64,000 bases of DNA from Clostridia bacterium (lineage in GTDB: Bacteria; Bacillota; Clostridia; Oscillospirales; CAG-272). Below the pieces are notes generated by a model. That model did not search any database. It was given only the letters and a program-made list of their open reading frames with translations, and was not told the origin of the DNA. The stretch is taken from assembly GCA_017447775.1 (NCBI GenBank), contig JAFSMU010000025.1, positions 158 to 64,157 of the forward strand. Direction: 5' to 3'. Positions 28,218 through 37,797 of the stretch are shown here, one piece after another. The first letter of the stretch is position 1. Every line of letters starts with the position of its first letter. The position numbers and the translations under genes are program-made.

Positions 28218-31200
28218 ATGACAAAGAAAATTTGGTGTATTGTTTTGGCGGCGCTGATGCTTGCGGTGACAGTACTGCTTGCGGGCTGCGGCGAAACAAA
28301 GACAAAAGAACTTTCCGAAAGACTTCCCGCAACGATAAGTGTTCTGGGTATCACCGACGAAAGCACGACTCCGGCGGCGATCGAAAGAGTCGAGGCGGAG
28401 ATAAATAAAGTCATGGAGGCGATGTATCAGACGCACATCGACCTTACCCTTGTCACGCGCGACAAATACGAGGCGCTCGTGCGCGAGCGTGTCGCCCTCG
28501 CCAAATACAACGAAAAGCTGGACAGTGCCGTCAACAGCTATAACACGAATGCGCTCTCCGAGGCTAACGCGGCGGTGATCACAAAGCAGTTCGGCAGATG
28601 GAGAACAAACGTGGCGGGCGTTACTGCGACGACGATAACGACGCGCCCGCAGTATACCGAAAAGCATACGGAGATAAACGAGCAGGGCATCATCGAGGTC
28701 GTTTATCCCGACGCGGCGTCCCCGATCGACGTATTTATGGTCATCGGCGAGGATATGTACGATGAATTCGACGAGCTTGGCGCTCTTCGCTCCATAAAGG
28801 CGGAGCTTTCGACAGAGGCGTTCACAAAGTTCACGCAGTTCATCTACCCCACGTATTTCGATATACTCAAAACAGTAAAGGGCGACGTCAAAGCCATCCC
28901 CAACAATAACCTCCTTGCCGAATACACATACATAATTATAGACAAAGAGCTTGCCGAAAAATACGACTTTGACGTTGAATCGGTAAACAACTACTCCGAT
29001 ATCGAGGGCTTCCTCTCCGACGTCAAGGCGGGCGAGGACGTGATCCCGATGGCGCGCGTTCCGGAGGCGCTCGGCATATTCAACCTGTTTGATAACGAGG
29101 GCATCTCCATCGGAACGTACTGCGATCCGATGGTCGGATATAACACCGAGGAAGGCTCCTCGTACACCATCCAGAACATATTTGACATACCGCAGTACAA
29201 AGCTCACGCCGAGCTTATGGACAAATACAAAGCCGCGGGCTACTTTGAGTCTGCAAGCGGCAGCAAAGACTTTGCCGTTGACGTCATCACCGGCGACGCG
29301 TCGGTCGCAAAAATTTACGGCGACAAGTACGACGTCAAGATAATCCAGAACCCGTTTGTCAGAAGAAGCGACGCGTTTGAGGGAATGCTCGCCGTTTACA
29401 GCAAGACGTCAAGCTACACAAGATCGCTTGAATTCATCCTCGAACTTACGACCAACCCCGAACTCAAAAACCTGTTCCAGTACGGCGTTGAGGACGAAAA
29501 CTACAGTGTTAACGAGGACGGCACGCTTCACATTCTGAACGATACCTACTCGATGAACAACAACCTCACAGGCAACGTCTATATGAGCACTCCGCTTGAA
29601 GGCGAGCTTACCGACAAGTGGGAATATATGAAAAAGACGAACCTCGACTCGCTCATCGATCCCTACCTTACCTTCACCGTATCCGCGGCGGGCGACTATT
29701 CGGGCGTTTACCTTGTTACCGACGCAACGCTTGACGAAATAATCACGCAGGCGCTTGTAAGAGCTTCCGTCGACGAGGAGCTGCGCCTTATGGGCAGTGA
29801 TTACACCTACGACTACTACGTCACAGAGAAGGCAAACAATACGGAGAACGTTGCCCGTGTCGGCAACCCGATAAAACGACTTGCCAAATACAGAGAAAGA
29901 TTCGTTGCCGACATAATGGAAGACGCCGGTGTGTCATACGACAAGGCGACGGATATCCTTCTCAATTCCGCGTCGTATTCCACAACGGGCGCGACGATAC
30001 TTTACTCTTACGACTGGTACTTTGAGCATCTCGCAAAATACAAAAAGGAAGAGAAATACTCAAATCTTTACACCGCAACGGGACTTGACACGGCTATCTG
30101 GGAAAGAATAGCGTCGGCGGCAGGCGTAAGACTTGAAACGTTTGACAACTCCGTCAAGAACGCGAAAGATTATTACAGCAACATCGAAACGCTCAGAATA
30201 ATGACTCGCCTTATCATCTGGGAAGATCTTTCGGATGAAGAGTGGCAGGTTTATCAGGATATGAGCGCCGTCGATTTTGAAAAGGCTGTTTACAATTACG
30301 TGCGCGACCACTACGTTGAGGAAAACAACCTCGACGACGAAAAATACGAGGAACTCGTGCGCGCCTTCATGCTCTCCACCTCGACGTTCATCGACAAAGA
30401 CGACAACACCTCCTACAAGATAACGTGGGATCAGTACAAGGACATCAAAGAAGCGGCTCAGCCGTCGTTTGAGCTTATCAAAGAGCTCCGCGAAGCTTAC
30501 GAAAGCGACCTTAAAGCTTACCTCGGTATGCTTTACTCGATGTACACGGACTCCGAAATTCCGGAAACCGTCCACGAGATGCTCTACGTAAATTGGCTGA
30601 GTGAGAACGGCTACAAGAAATCCGACTTTGAAACGGAGCTTTACAACGAAATTCTCGCGTTTATGGACCTCGATTACGAAGGTTTCCAGAAGCTCCGCCG
30701 CGGTGACAGCGTTAAGTTCGCAGCGCAGATGCGCCGCATAAAAGACCAGTACAAGAGCATTCTTGTCGAGGCTTACTCGGAAGCTCAGTTCAAAAACGAC
30801 AGGATCTCAAACGACAACGTCCTCTCGGCGATTCTCGCACACAAGATCGAGGAGCGCACGGGCATCTATGCGTCGATGAGCGACAAGCTCGGCATCTCGT
30901 ATGGCGAGTACAAGAACAGAATAGCCGCGCTCAATGAGTTTATCGAAAAGGCGACAAGCCTGCGCGACGCGTCCATCTACACGCTTCTCACAAAGTACAC
31001 GCAGTCGCAGATAAACAACTTCGACTACAACGATATCGACGTTATCGTTTATGAAATGATGTCCGAATCGGGCTTCTATACAAATGAATTCTGCCGCTTC
31101 ATCAGCGTAAGCCTGAGCAAATTCATGCAAAAGAAGAGCGACGCGAAGGATTACATCTCGTACGTTACAAAGCTTGCGTCGACATACGCCGATGATATCG

Positions 31201-31487
31201 CCGCCCGCGGATACACGCAGGATGAGTTCGTCGGTCTGCCGATAGACACGGCAAAAGAAGTGCTTTACGACATCGCAAAAGAAAAATACTTCTCCGACGC
31301 GCTGACAGTCGAAGATATGCTCTCCGGCGTTTCCGAAAGCTATGTAAACGGCTATATTACGGCAGACAACTACGCCGAGTATGTAAAGAAGGCGTCAAGC
31401 GAGATCAACTCCGACGCGCTGTTCACGTCTATCGTTTACTACCTCAGAACAGCACTTGCAAAAGAGCTTTCGCCGAGCGAAAGCTGA
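28218..31487 (+). CDS. Giant lipoprotein: ABC solute-binding-like domain plus long helical extension
   Basis: LAGC lipobox. First ~490 aa resemble clostridial sugar-binding proteins (VEAEINK, AIPNN, IDKELAEKY, NLFQYGVEDENY). The remaining ~600 aa are Tyr/Glu/Lys-rich and helical-looking. Confidence 0.75.
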   Translation: MTKKIWCIVLAALMLAVTVLLAGCGETKTKELSERLPATISVLGITDESTTPAAIERVEAEINKVMEAMYQTHIDLTLVTRDKYEALVRERVALAKYNEKLDSAVNSYNTNALSEANAAVITKQFGRWRTNVAGVTATTITTRPQYTEKHTEINEQGIIEVVYPDAASPIDVFMVIGEDMYDEFDELGALRSIKAELSTEAFTKFTQFIYPTYFDILKTVKGDVKAIPNNNLLAEYTYIIIDKELAEKYDFDVESVNNYSDIEGFLSDVKAGEDVIPMARVPEALGIFNLFDNEGISIGTYCDPMVGYNTEEGSSYTIQNIFDIPQYKAHAELMDKYKAAGYFESASGSKDFAVDVITGDASVAKIYGDKYDVKIIQNPFVRRSDAFEGMLAVYSKTSSYTRSLEFILELTTNPELKNLFQYGVEDENYSVNEDGTLHILNDTYSMNNNLTGNVYMSTPLEGELTDKWEYMKKTNLDSLIDPYLTFTVSAAGDYSGVYLVTDATLDEIITQALVRASVDEELRLMGSDYTYDYYVTEKANNTENVARVGNPIKRLAKYRERFVADIMEDAGVSYDKATDILLNSASYSTTGATILYSYDWYFEHLAKYKKEEKYSNLYTATGLDTAIWERIASAAGVRLETFDNSVKNAKDYYSNIETLRIMTRLIIWEDLSDEEWQVYQDMSAVDFEKAVYNYVRDHYVEENNLDDEKYEELVRAFMLSTSTFIDKDDNTSYKITWDQYKDIKEAAQPSFELIKELREAYESDLKAYLGMLYSMYTDSEIPETVHEMLYVNWLSENGYKKSDFETELYNEILAFMDLDYEGFQKLRRGDSVKFAAQMRRIKDQYKSILVEAYSEAQFKNDRISNDNVLSAILAHKIEERTGIYASMSDKLGISYGEYKNRIAALNEFIEKATSLRDASIYTLLTKYTQSQINNFDYNDIDVIVYEMMSESGFYTNEFCRFISVSLSKFMQKKSDAKDYISYVTKLASTYADDIAARGYTQDEFVGLPIDTAKEVLYDIAKEKYFSDALTVEDMLSGVSESYVNGYITADNYAEYVKKASSEINSDALFTSIVYYLRTALAKELSPSES

Positions 31488-31501
31488 TAAATTCCAAAAT
31501 C

Positions 31502-31527
31502 AAAACCCCGCGAAAGCGGGGTTTTTT
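31502..31527 (+). terminator. Intrinsic terminator
   Basis: aaaaccccgc-gaaa-gcggggtttttt. Confidence 0.9.
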
Positions 31528-31577
31528 ATTTTTGCCGTGCTGATAGAGGGCCGATAGCGCCGCAAATAAAAATTGCG

Positions 31578-31606
31578 TCATATTGCCCGCGGGACAACCA
31601 TATACT
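31578..31606 (+). promoter_or_regulatory. Sigma-E promoter of the spoIIIA operon
   Basis: TCATATT-14 nt-CATATACT matches the sigma-E consensus, directly upstream of the spoIIIAA RBS. Confidence 0.8.
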
Positions 31607-31624
31607 TTACTGACAGGAGAAAGT

Positions 31625-32530
31625 ATGAACGAAAACCTACGTAAACTGCTCGCATATCTGCCATATCACACGGCGGCGGCGATATCGGCGCACATTAAGT
31701 CATCCCCCGCCGCGAAAATAACGGAGATACGCCTGCACGCCGAGCGCCCGACGTGCCTTATCCAAAGCGGGAAGAACGTCATTTTGCTCTCGGGCAAGGT
31801 CGATATATGCACGCGCGACGACGTTTTTCAAACGCTGGCGCGCTTGACCGAGGACAGCGTTCACACATACGGCGAGATGATAAATCAAGGCTACGTAAAC
31901 CTTGACGGCGGCTTCCGCGTCGGTATATGCGGCACGGCAAGCGTTTCGGGGGGTGAAATATGCGGCGTGTTCGGGTTTTCTTCGCTGTGCATCCGCATAC
32001 CGCGCGCCGCGCAAAACGTTGACTCGGGGCTTCTCTCGATTATCCGCAAAAACGGAAAAGTGGCGCCAACGCTTATTTTCTCGCCGCCCGGCGTCGGAAA
32101 AACGACGCTTGTTCGGTCAGCGGCGGCAACTCTTTCAAAAGGCTCTGCCGCCTTGCGCGTCGCCGTTGTGGACACGCGCGGGGAGATATATATCAAGGAA
32201 ATGTTTCAAAATTCCATCGCCGATTTTCTTATCGGCTACCCGAAGGCCGCGGGGATCGAGATCGCCACAAGGACGCTGAACCCGGAGCTTATCATCTGCG
32301 ATGAGATCGGCGGCGAGGACGAGGCCCGCGCCATCATCGCTGTGCAGAATACGGGCGTTCCGCTCCTGGCGACCTCACACGCCGACAGCGTGGAAACGCT
32401 TTTGCGCCGCCCCGGGATCAATTCGCTTTGCCGCGCGGGGATATTCCGTTACGTCGTCGGCATTTCACGCGCGCCCGGGGAGGAGGAGTTTTTGCTCGAC
32501 GTAAAAGATATCGCGGGGGAAAAATTATGA
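31625..32530 (+). CDS. spoIIIAA: Stage III sporulation protein AA (ATPase)
   Basis: EIRL, GFRVGICG, SLCIRIPR, SPPGVGKTT, DTRGE, DEIG. Confidence 0.9.
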   Translation: MNENLRKLLAYLPYHTAAAISAHIKSSPAAKITEIRLHAERPTCLIQSGKNVILLSGKVDICTRDDVFQTLARLTEDSVHTYGEMINQGYVNLDGGFRVGICGTASVSGGEICGVFGFSSLCIRIPRAAQNVDSGLLSIIRKNGKVAPTLIFSPPGVGKTTLVRSAAATLSKGSAALRVAVVDTRGEIYIKEMFQNSIADFLIGYPKAAGIEIATRTLNPELIICDEIGGEDEARAIIAVQNTGVPLLATSHADSVETLLRRPGINSLCRAGIFRYVVGISRAPGEEEFLLDVKDIAGEKL

Positions 32531-33030
32531 AAATACTCGGCGCCACAATACTTTTTCTCGCGCTCACCCTTCTCGGCGGAAGCCTTGGGCGGCGCGTGCG
32601 GCGGGGAGAAAACGAGTGCGCGGCGTTTCTTGACTTCATTCGATTTGCCCGCTCGAAAATATGTACCCTTGACGCGCCCACAAAGGAGATATACCGCGGG
32701 TATGAAAACGAAACGCTGAAAGGCTGCGGCTTTTTGTATGCGCTGAAAAAAGCCGAGGCTGAAAGCGTGTACTTTGACGCATTCACGCGCGCGTTTGACG
32801 AGATAAGCGCATCACTTTCTCTTGACGGCGAGGCAAAAACGATAATTCGCTCCTTTGGCGATATAATCGGCAAAAGCGCGCAAAATGAGCAGCTAAGGCT
32901 GATCGACGACGTGATATTTCGCCTTGAAGAGAAGCACAAAAAACTGAACGACGCCGCCGTGCGCGACGCAAAAATGTACCAAACGCTCGGCTTTTCGCTT
33001 GGCGCTATCATATTCATTTTATTGTTGTAG
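32527..33030 (+). CDS. spoIIIAB: Stage III sporulation protein AB
   Basis: MKILGA N-terminal TM, KMYQTLGFSLG C-terminal TM, operon position. Confidence 0.85.
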   Translation: MKILGATILFLALTLLGGSLGRRVRRGENECAAFLDFIRFARSKICTLDAPTKEIYRGYENETLKGCGFLYALKKAEAESVYFDAFTRAFDEISASLSLDGEAKTIIRSFGDIIGKSAQNEQLRLIDDVIFRLEEKHKKLNDAAVRDAKMYQTLGFSLGAIIFILLL

Positions 33031-33039
33031 AGGTAAAAA

Positions 33040-33234
33040 ATGACGACAGAACTCATACTGAAGATCGCCGGGATAGGAATACTCGTCGCCGTGGCGTGCC
33101 AGATACTTTCAAAGACGGGCAGGGATGAGCAGGCGACGTTTGTCGCCGTCGCGGGAATAATCATCGCACTGCTGATGCTCGTCGGCGAGATCGGCGGCCT
33201 GTTTGACAAAATAAAGACGATCTTCGGGCTTTGA
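33040..33234 (+). CDS. spoIIIAC: Stage III sporulation protein AC
   Basis: ILKIAGIGILVAV...GRDEQA...IKTIFGL. Confidence 0.93.
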   Translation: MTTELILKIAGIGILVAVACQILSKTGRDEQATFVAVAGIIIALLMLVGEIGGLFDKIKTIFGL

Positions 33235-33614
33235 GTATGATGCAGATATTCGGCGTTGCGATAATTTCCGCCGCCGCCGTTGCGATAGTTAAAATCTACC
33301 GCCCGGAGTACGTTTTCCCGATGGCAGCCGTTTCATCGACGGCGCTTCTCGGCGCGGCTCTGACGGCGGCGCTCCCCGTTGCCGAGTACGCAAGCACAAT
33401 ATCGTCGGCGGCGGGGTTCGGGGCGTACTTCGGCGCTATAATGAAGGCGCTGGGGATAGGACTTGTCGCCGAGCTTGCCGCGTCCGTGTGCCGCGACAGC
33501 GGACAGGCAACGCTTGCGTCGCGCGTTGAATTTTTCGCAAAAGTGCTGATGATGACAGTCGCGCTCCCTATTATAAAGCAGATAATCGACGCGGCGCTTG
33601 AGGTCGTAAAATGA
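33231..33614 (+). CDS. spoIIIAD: Stage III sporulation protein AD
   Basis: RPEY, KALGIG, CRDSG, ASRVEF..K, ALPI. Start may be the ATG at 33237. Confidence 0.9.
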   Translation: MSMMQIFGVAIISAAAVAIVKIYRPEYVFPMAAVSSTALLGAALTAALPVAEYASTISSAAGFGAYFGAIMKALGIGLVAELAASVCRDSGQATLASRVEFFAKVLMMTVALPIIKQIIDAALEVVK

Positions 33615-34705
33615 AACGGATACTTGCGATAGCTTTTGTATTTTTCGCCATTTTGCTTTTTTGCGTCGATTGCGCGGCGGCAGAGTTTCCCGACGAGATA
33701 AACGGCTTTGTCCCCGACGGCGCGAAAACGTTGCTTCCCGACGGCGTCCCCGACGGCGGCTTTTCTGCACAGCAGATAGATATCGGCTTTTTTGCGTCAA
33801 TGATACTGCGCGCCATAACGTCGGCGGCGCCCGACGCCGCCAAAAACCTTTCGGTGATGCTCGGACTGCTGATAATCTCCTCGGTGCTTGGCGCTTTGAG
33901 GGGCGGCATTTCGTCCAAGGGTTTGAGCGAGGCGCTTGAATTTATCTCCGTTTTGTGCGTGTGCGGCGCGGCGTTTTCGATGACCGCCGCCGTGTTTGAC
34001 ACCGCCGAGCGCTTTATAACGGACGTCGGCGCGTTCCTTGAAGGATTTTTGCCGATACTTGCGGGGCTTAGCGCGGCAAGCGGCAACGTCGCGTTTTCCA
34101 TAGCGTCGTCGGTTTCCGTTTCGGCGGCGCTGTCGGCTGTCAGCGCCGTTTGCGCGTCGGTGGCGATGCCGTTGCTTAAAATTTGTTTTTGCATTTCGAT
34201 CTCGGGCGCCGTTTGCGGCTCTGTCGATCTTTCGGGAATATCGGGCGCGATAAAAAAGCTTATAACCGTCGTTTTGTCGCTGTCCGGCATCGCGCTTTCC
34301 GCCGTTATGATATTTCAGCGCGTCATCACAAAAAGCGCCGACAGCGCCGCCTTGCGCGGCATAAAGTTCTCCGTCGGCACGCTTATCCCGTTTGTCGGCA
34401 ACGCCATCGGCGAGGCGCTGACGACGGTCACCGGCGGCGTCGGGGTGATACGCTCCGCCGTCGGCATATCGGGCGCGGTCGTTTTGTGCGCCATGGCGAT
34501 AATCCCCGTCGCGTCGCTGCTTATAAATAAGCTCTTCCTCGACCTCGCGTCAGGCGCGGCGGGGATGCTGGGGCTTTCAAAGGAAAAAAATTTCATATCG
34601 GGCATGAGCGGCGTCGTCGGCTTTCTTTGCGCCATAACGGCTTTTATCGGCGTGTTCTTCATTTTGTCGGTGTCGCTCATCGCGGGAACGGAGGTGAGCG
34701 TATAA
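33611..34705 (+). CDS. spoIIIAE: Stage III sporulation protein AE
   Basis: Polytopic membrane protein with IPFVGNAIGEA motif; operon position. Confidence 0.88.
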   Translation: MKRILAIAFVFFAILLFCVDCAAAEFPDEINGFVPDGAKTLLPDGVPDGGFSAQQIDIGFFASMILRAITSAAPDAAKNLSVMLGLLIISSVLGALRGGISSKGLSEALEFISVLCVCGAAFSMTAAVFDTAERFITDVGAFLEGFLPILAGLSAASGNVAFSIASSVSVSAALSAVSAVCASVAMPLLKICFCISISGAVCGSVDLSGISGAIKKLITVVLSLSGIALSAVMIFQRVITKSADSAALRGIKFSVGTLIPFVGNAIGEALTTVTGGVGVIRSAVGISGAVVLCAMAIIPVASLLINKLFLDLASGAAGMLGLSKEKNFISGMSGVVGFLCAITAFIGVFFILSVSLIAGTEVSV

Positions 34706-35166
34706 TGACGGCGCATATTGTGTCGATCCTTCTCGTTGTGATCTCGTCGGCGATCGTTACGTTCATCTCGCCGGAGGGTGAGATGAAAAAATACATAAAA
34801 CTCGTGTCAACGCTTGCGGTTTTGGCGGCGATAGTCGTGCCGGTGGTGCAAAGTTTGGTAAAGCTCCCCGAGAAAATAGAATTTGAAGTTGCGCCGAGCG
34901 GGGAAGAATATAGCACAAAGTTCGATATCATCAAAGCGTCAAAGGAGAAAATAGAACAGAGCGTCAAAGCCGAGGTGTGCAACGAATTCTCCCTTGCTGA
35001 CAGCGACGTTTCGGTCACCATAACGCTTGACGACAGCGACACGGCGGCAATAAAGATCGAGCATATCCGCGTCACCGTTCCGCGCTCGGCGGGCGGGTCG
35101 AGGGTTGAAAAGTTTGTTTTGAGCCTTATGAAAAACACAACAAAAGTCACGGTCGAGGAGGTGTGA
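34705..35166 (+). CDS. spoIIIAF: Stage III sporulation protein AF
   Basis: PEGEMKKYIKLV motif between two TM segments; GGAGGTG RBS. Confidence 0.85.
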   Translation: MTAHIVSILLVVISSAIVTFISPEGEMKKYIKLVSTLAVLAAIVVPVVQSLVKLPEKIEFEVAPSGEEYSTKFDIIKASKEKIEQSVKAEVCNEFSLADSDVSVTITLDDSDTAAIKIEHIRVTVPRSAGGSRVEKFVLSLMKNTTKVTVEEV

Positions 35167-35170
35167 TCTT

Positions 35171-35641
35171 ATCAAAGAATTCATTAAAAAGCTCGGCCGC
35201 GGGCGGCTGTGGCTCATTATCGCGGCGGCGGCGCTCGGCGTGCTGCTTATTATAATAGGAATGCAAAGCGGGAAAAACGTCGAAAAAAATGACGGGGAAA
35301 GCGAGGAAAATATCACCGACAAGGCATATATTGCCGACGTTGAGAATAAGATTTGTAACGTAGTAGCAAAGGTTACGGGCGACGCAAACGCCGCCGTGCT
35401 GATAACGGTCAAGGGCGGCACGGAGCGCGTCTACATAAAAAACGGCGACGGCTATATCACCGTGCGGACCGACAGCGGCTATGCGCCGATCTTGTCGCAA
35501 AGCATATATCCCGAGATCACGGGCGTTTCGGTCGTGTGTCGCGGCGGGGACAATTTTGAGGTGAAGAAGAAGCTGATCGACGTCATCTCAACGGCGGTGG
35601 GCGTGTCGAGTAACCGTATTTGCATCGTAGGTACAAAATAA
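35171..35641 (+). CDS. spoIIIAG: Stage III sporulation protein AG (start uncertain, probably non-canonical ATC)
   Basis: YIADVENKICNVV..V.G, YPEITGVSVVCRGGD, GVSSNRI. Frame is open from 35132 and the strong RBS points to ATC at 35171. Confidence 0.8.
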   Translation: MKEFIKKLGRGRLWLIIAAAALGVLLIIIGMQSGKNVEKNDGESEENITDKAYIADVENKICNVVAKVTGDANAAVLITVKGGTERVYIKNGDGYITVRTDSGYAPILSQSIYPEITGVSVVCRGGDNFEVKKKLIDVISTAVGVSSNRICIVGTK

Positions 35642-35661
35642 CAAAAAAAGGAGATACCACC

Positions 35662-36315
35662 ATGAGAAACGAAGCAAGAGCCGCAATGAGAGCGGGAAGC
35701 ACCGAGCAAACGACAACGACGGGATCATTTGAACTTCCGCCCGAGGAAAAGAAAAAGGAGTTCAGATTCAAAAGCTTCTTCACTGGCGAGAGCGTCAAAA
35801 AAGGCTTCCGTAAGATAGGCGTGCGAAACCTTGTCATCATTCTTGCCGTGCTGCTTATCGGCGGCGCGGTGTATGCAAACTGGCGCATTTTCGGCAGCAA
35901 AACGACGACAAATACCGTCCCCGACAAGCAGACCTCGGCGGAGAATGTCGATAGCGAAAAGACAAACTTCTTTGCCGCGTCGCAGGTTGACCGCAAGCGT
36001 TCAAGGGATGAGGCTATCGAGGTGCTTCAAAGCGTCGTTACGGGCGCAAAAGAGGAAGCCGACGCCGCCGCAAAAGAGCAGGCGATGACGAATATTTCCG
36101 CAATAGCGGCGAATATGGAGCTTGAAGCGAACATCGAGAGCCTGATCAAAGCGAAAGGGTTTGAAAACTGCGTTGCCGTCATCAATGGGAACAAAGCGTC
36201 GATCGTTGTGTCGAGCGAGGGACTGAAACCAAACGAGCTTTCGCAAATACTTGAGATCGTCTACGTTCAGGCGAGCATCCTGCCCGAAAATGTGACAATA
36301 ACAGAGGTAGGATAA
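35662..36315 (+). CDS. spoIIIAH: Stage III sporulation protein AH
   Basis: TM AVYANW, FFAASQVDR...RDE, IESLIKAKGFENCV. Confidence 0.9.
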   Translation: MRNEARAAMRAGSTEQTTTTGSFELPPEEKKKEFRFKSFFTGESVKKGFRKIGVRNLVIILAVLLIGGAVYANWRIFGSKTTTNTVPDKQTSAENVDSEKTNFFAASQVDRKRSRDEAIEVLQSVVTGAKEEADAAAKEQAMTNISAIAANMELEANIESLIKAKGFENCVAVINGNKASIVVSSEGLKPNELSQILEIVYVQASILPENVTITEVG

Positions 36316-36350
36316 AAAATGATCCGCGCGCCGCGCGGATCGTAATATAT

Positions 36351-36377
36351 AAAAAAGCCCGCGTTTGCGGGCTTTTT
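36351..36377. terminator. Bidirectional terminator
   Basis: aaaaagcccgc-gttt-gcgggcttttt; a second hairpin gatccgcgc..gcgcggatc lies at 36321-36341. Confidence 0.85.
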
Positions 36378-36386
36378 GATGTTTTA

Positions 36387-37559
36387 TCAGTGGCAGATGC
36401 ACTTTTCTGTGTCTTTGTCGAAAATGTGCATTCTTTCCGTGTCGATAGCGACGGTGATCGTGTCGCCGTTGCGGGCCTGGGAGCGCGGCGAAACGCGCGC
36501 AACGAGCTTCTGCTCGCCCGACTTGTCGACAACGATGTTCTTTCTTGCCGCAAGTTCTTCGTCAACGACCACTCTGTTTGCAAGCAGGTAGAGAAGTATC
36601 TCGGAACCCATAAGCTCCGTAACCTCAACGTAAGCCTCAAACGAGCATCCCTCAAGCGCCGCGATCTGCATCGGCGTGTCTACGATTGCCTCGGGGCGAA
36701 CGCCGCCGATAACTTCCTTGCCGATGTATTCCTGAAGCTCGGGCAGCTCGCCCTTTTCCTTCGGGAGTTTAAGCGATATATCGCCAAACGTGAAGTACAC
36801 GCCGCCGTCTTTCTTTTCGAGCTTGCCGTTTATGAAGTTCATCTGCGGTGTGCCGATGAATCCCGCAACGAACGCGTTGCACGGGCTGTCGTAAAGGTTC
36901 TGCGGCGAGTCGACCTGCTGGATGATACCGTCTTTCATAACGACGATACGCGTTGCCATCGTCATAGCCTCTACCTGATCGTGCGTAACGTAAACAAACG
37001 TCGCGCCGAGTCTGTGGTGCAGCTTTGTGATCTCCGTTCTCATGTTAGCGCGGAGCTTGGCGTCAAGGTTTGAAAGCGGCTCGTCAAGAAGGAATACCTT
37101 CGGGTCGCGCACGATGGCACGTCCGAGCGCAACACGCTGTTTCTGACCGCCGGAGAGAGCCTTCGGGTATCTGTCAAGCAGGTGCGCGATGTCAAGTATT
37201 CTCGCAGCTTCCTCAACTTTTCTCTTTATCGTTTCCTTCGGAACTTTGCGAAGTTTAAGTCCGAAAGCCATATTGTCAAACACCGTCATGTGCGGGTACA
37301 GAGCGTAGTTCTGGAACACCATCGCGATATCTCTGTCCTTGGGCGCAACGTCGTTCATCAGCTTGTCGCCGATGAAAAGCTCGCCTTCCGTGATCTCTTC
37401 AAGTCCCGCGATCATGCGAAGCGTCGTCGATTTACCGCAGCCGGAAGGGCCGACGAAAATGATGAACTCGGTATCTCTGATCTCAAGGCAGAAATCCGAT
37501 ACGGCGGTAACGCCGCCCGGGTATTTTTTGTAGATGTGTCTTAACGATAAACTTGCCAT
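36387..37559 (-). CDS. msmK: Multiple-sugar ABC ATPase (MsmK/MalK/UgpC), orphan
   Basis: GPSGCGKST, VFQNYALYPHM, LSGGQKQR, FVAGFIGTPQMN, C-terminal OB domain; start MASLSL. Confidence 0.92.
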   Translation of the reverse strand: MASLSLRHIYKKYPGGVTAVSDFCLEIRDTEFIIFVGPSGCGKSTTLRMIAGLEEITEGELFIGDKLMNDVAPKDRDIAMVFQNYALYPHMTVFDNMAFGLKLRKVPKETIKRKVEEAARILDIAHLLDRYPKALSGGQKQRVALGRAIVRDPKVFLLDEPLSNLDAKLRANMRTEITKLHHRLGATFVYVTHDQVEAMTMATRIVVMKDGIIQQVDSPQNLYDSPCNAFVAGFIGTPQMNFINGKLEKKDGGVYFTFGDISLKLPKEKGELPELQEYIGKEVIGGVRPEAIVDTPMQIAALEGCSFEAYVEVTELMGSEILLYLLANRVVVDEELAARKNIVVDKSGEQKLVARVSPRSQARNGDTITVAIDTERMHIFDKDTEKCICH

Positions 37560-37797
37560 TATTGTCTCCGTTCTCGGCGATTTGTTTTTGTGCGTCCGCG
37601 TCGCCGCCGCTGTGCCGCACTCGCCGCGTGAATGATACCCAAGCGGCAATTTTAATACATATAATATTATAGCAGAATAATCACCCAAAGGGAAGATGTT
37701 ATTTTCCCGAATTTTATTTTTTTAATTTGTCGAATTTGCACAAAAGCAAGCCGATTTTCCGTTTGCGCCGCCCGATTTGGCGGGCTTTTCTAATAAA

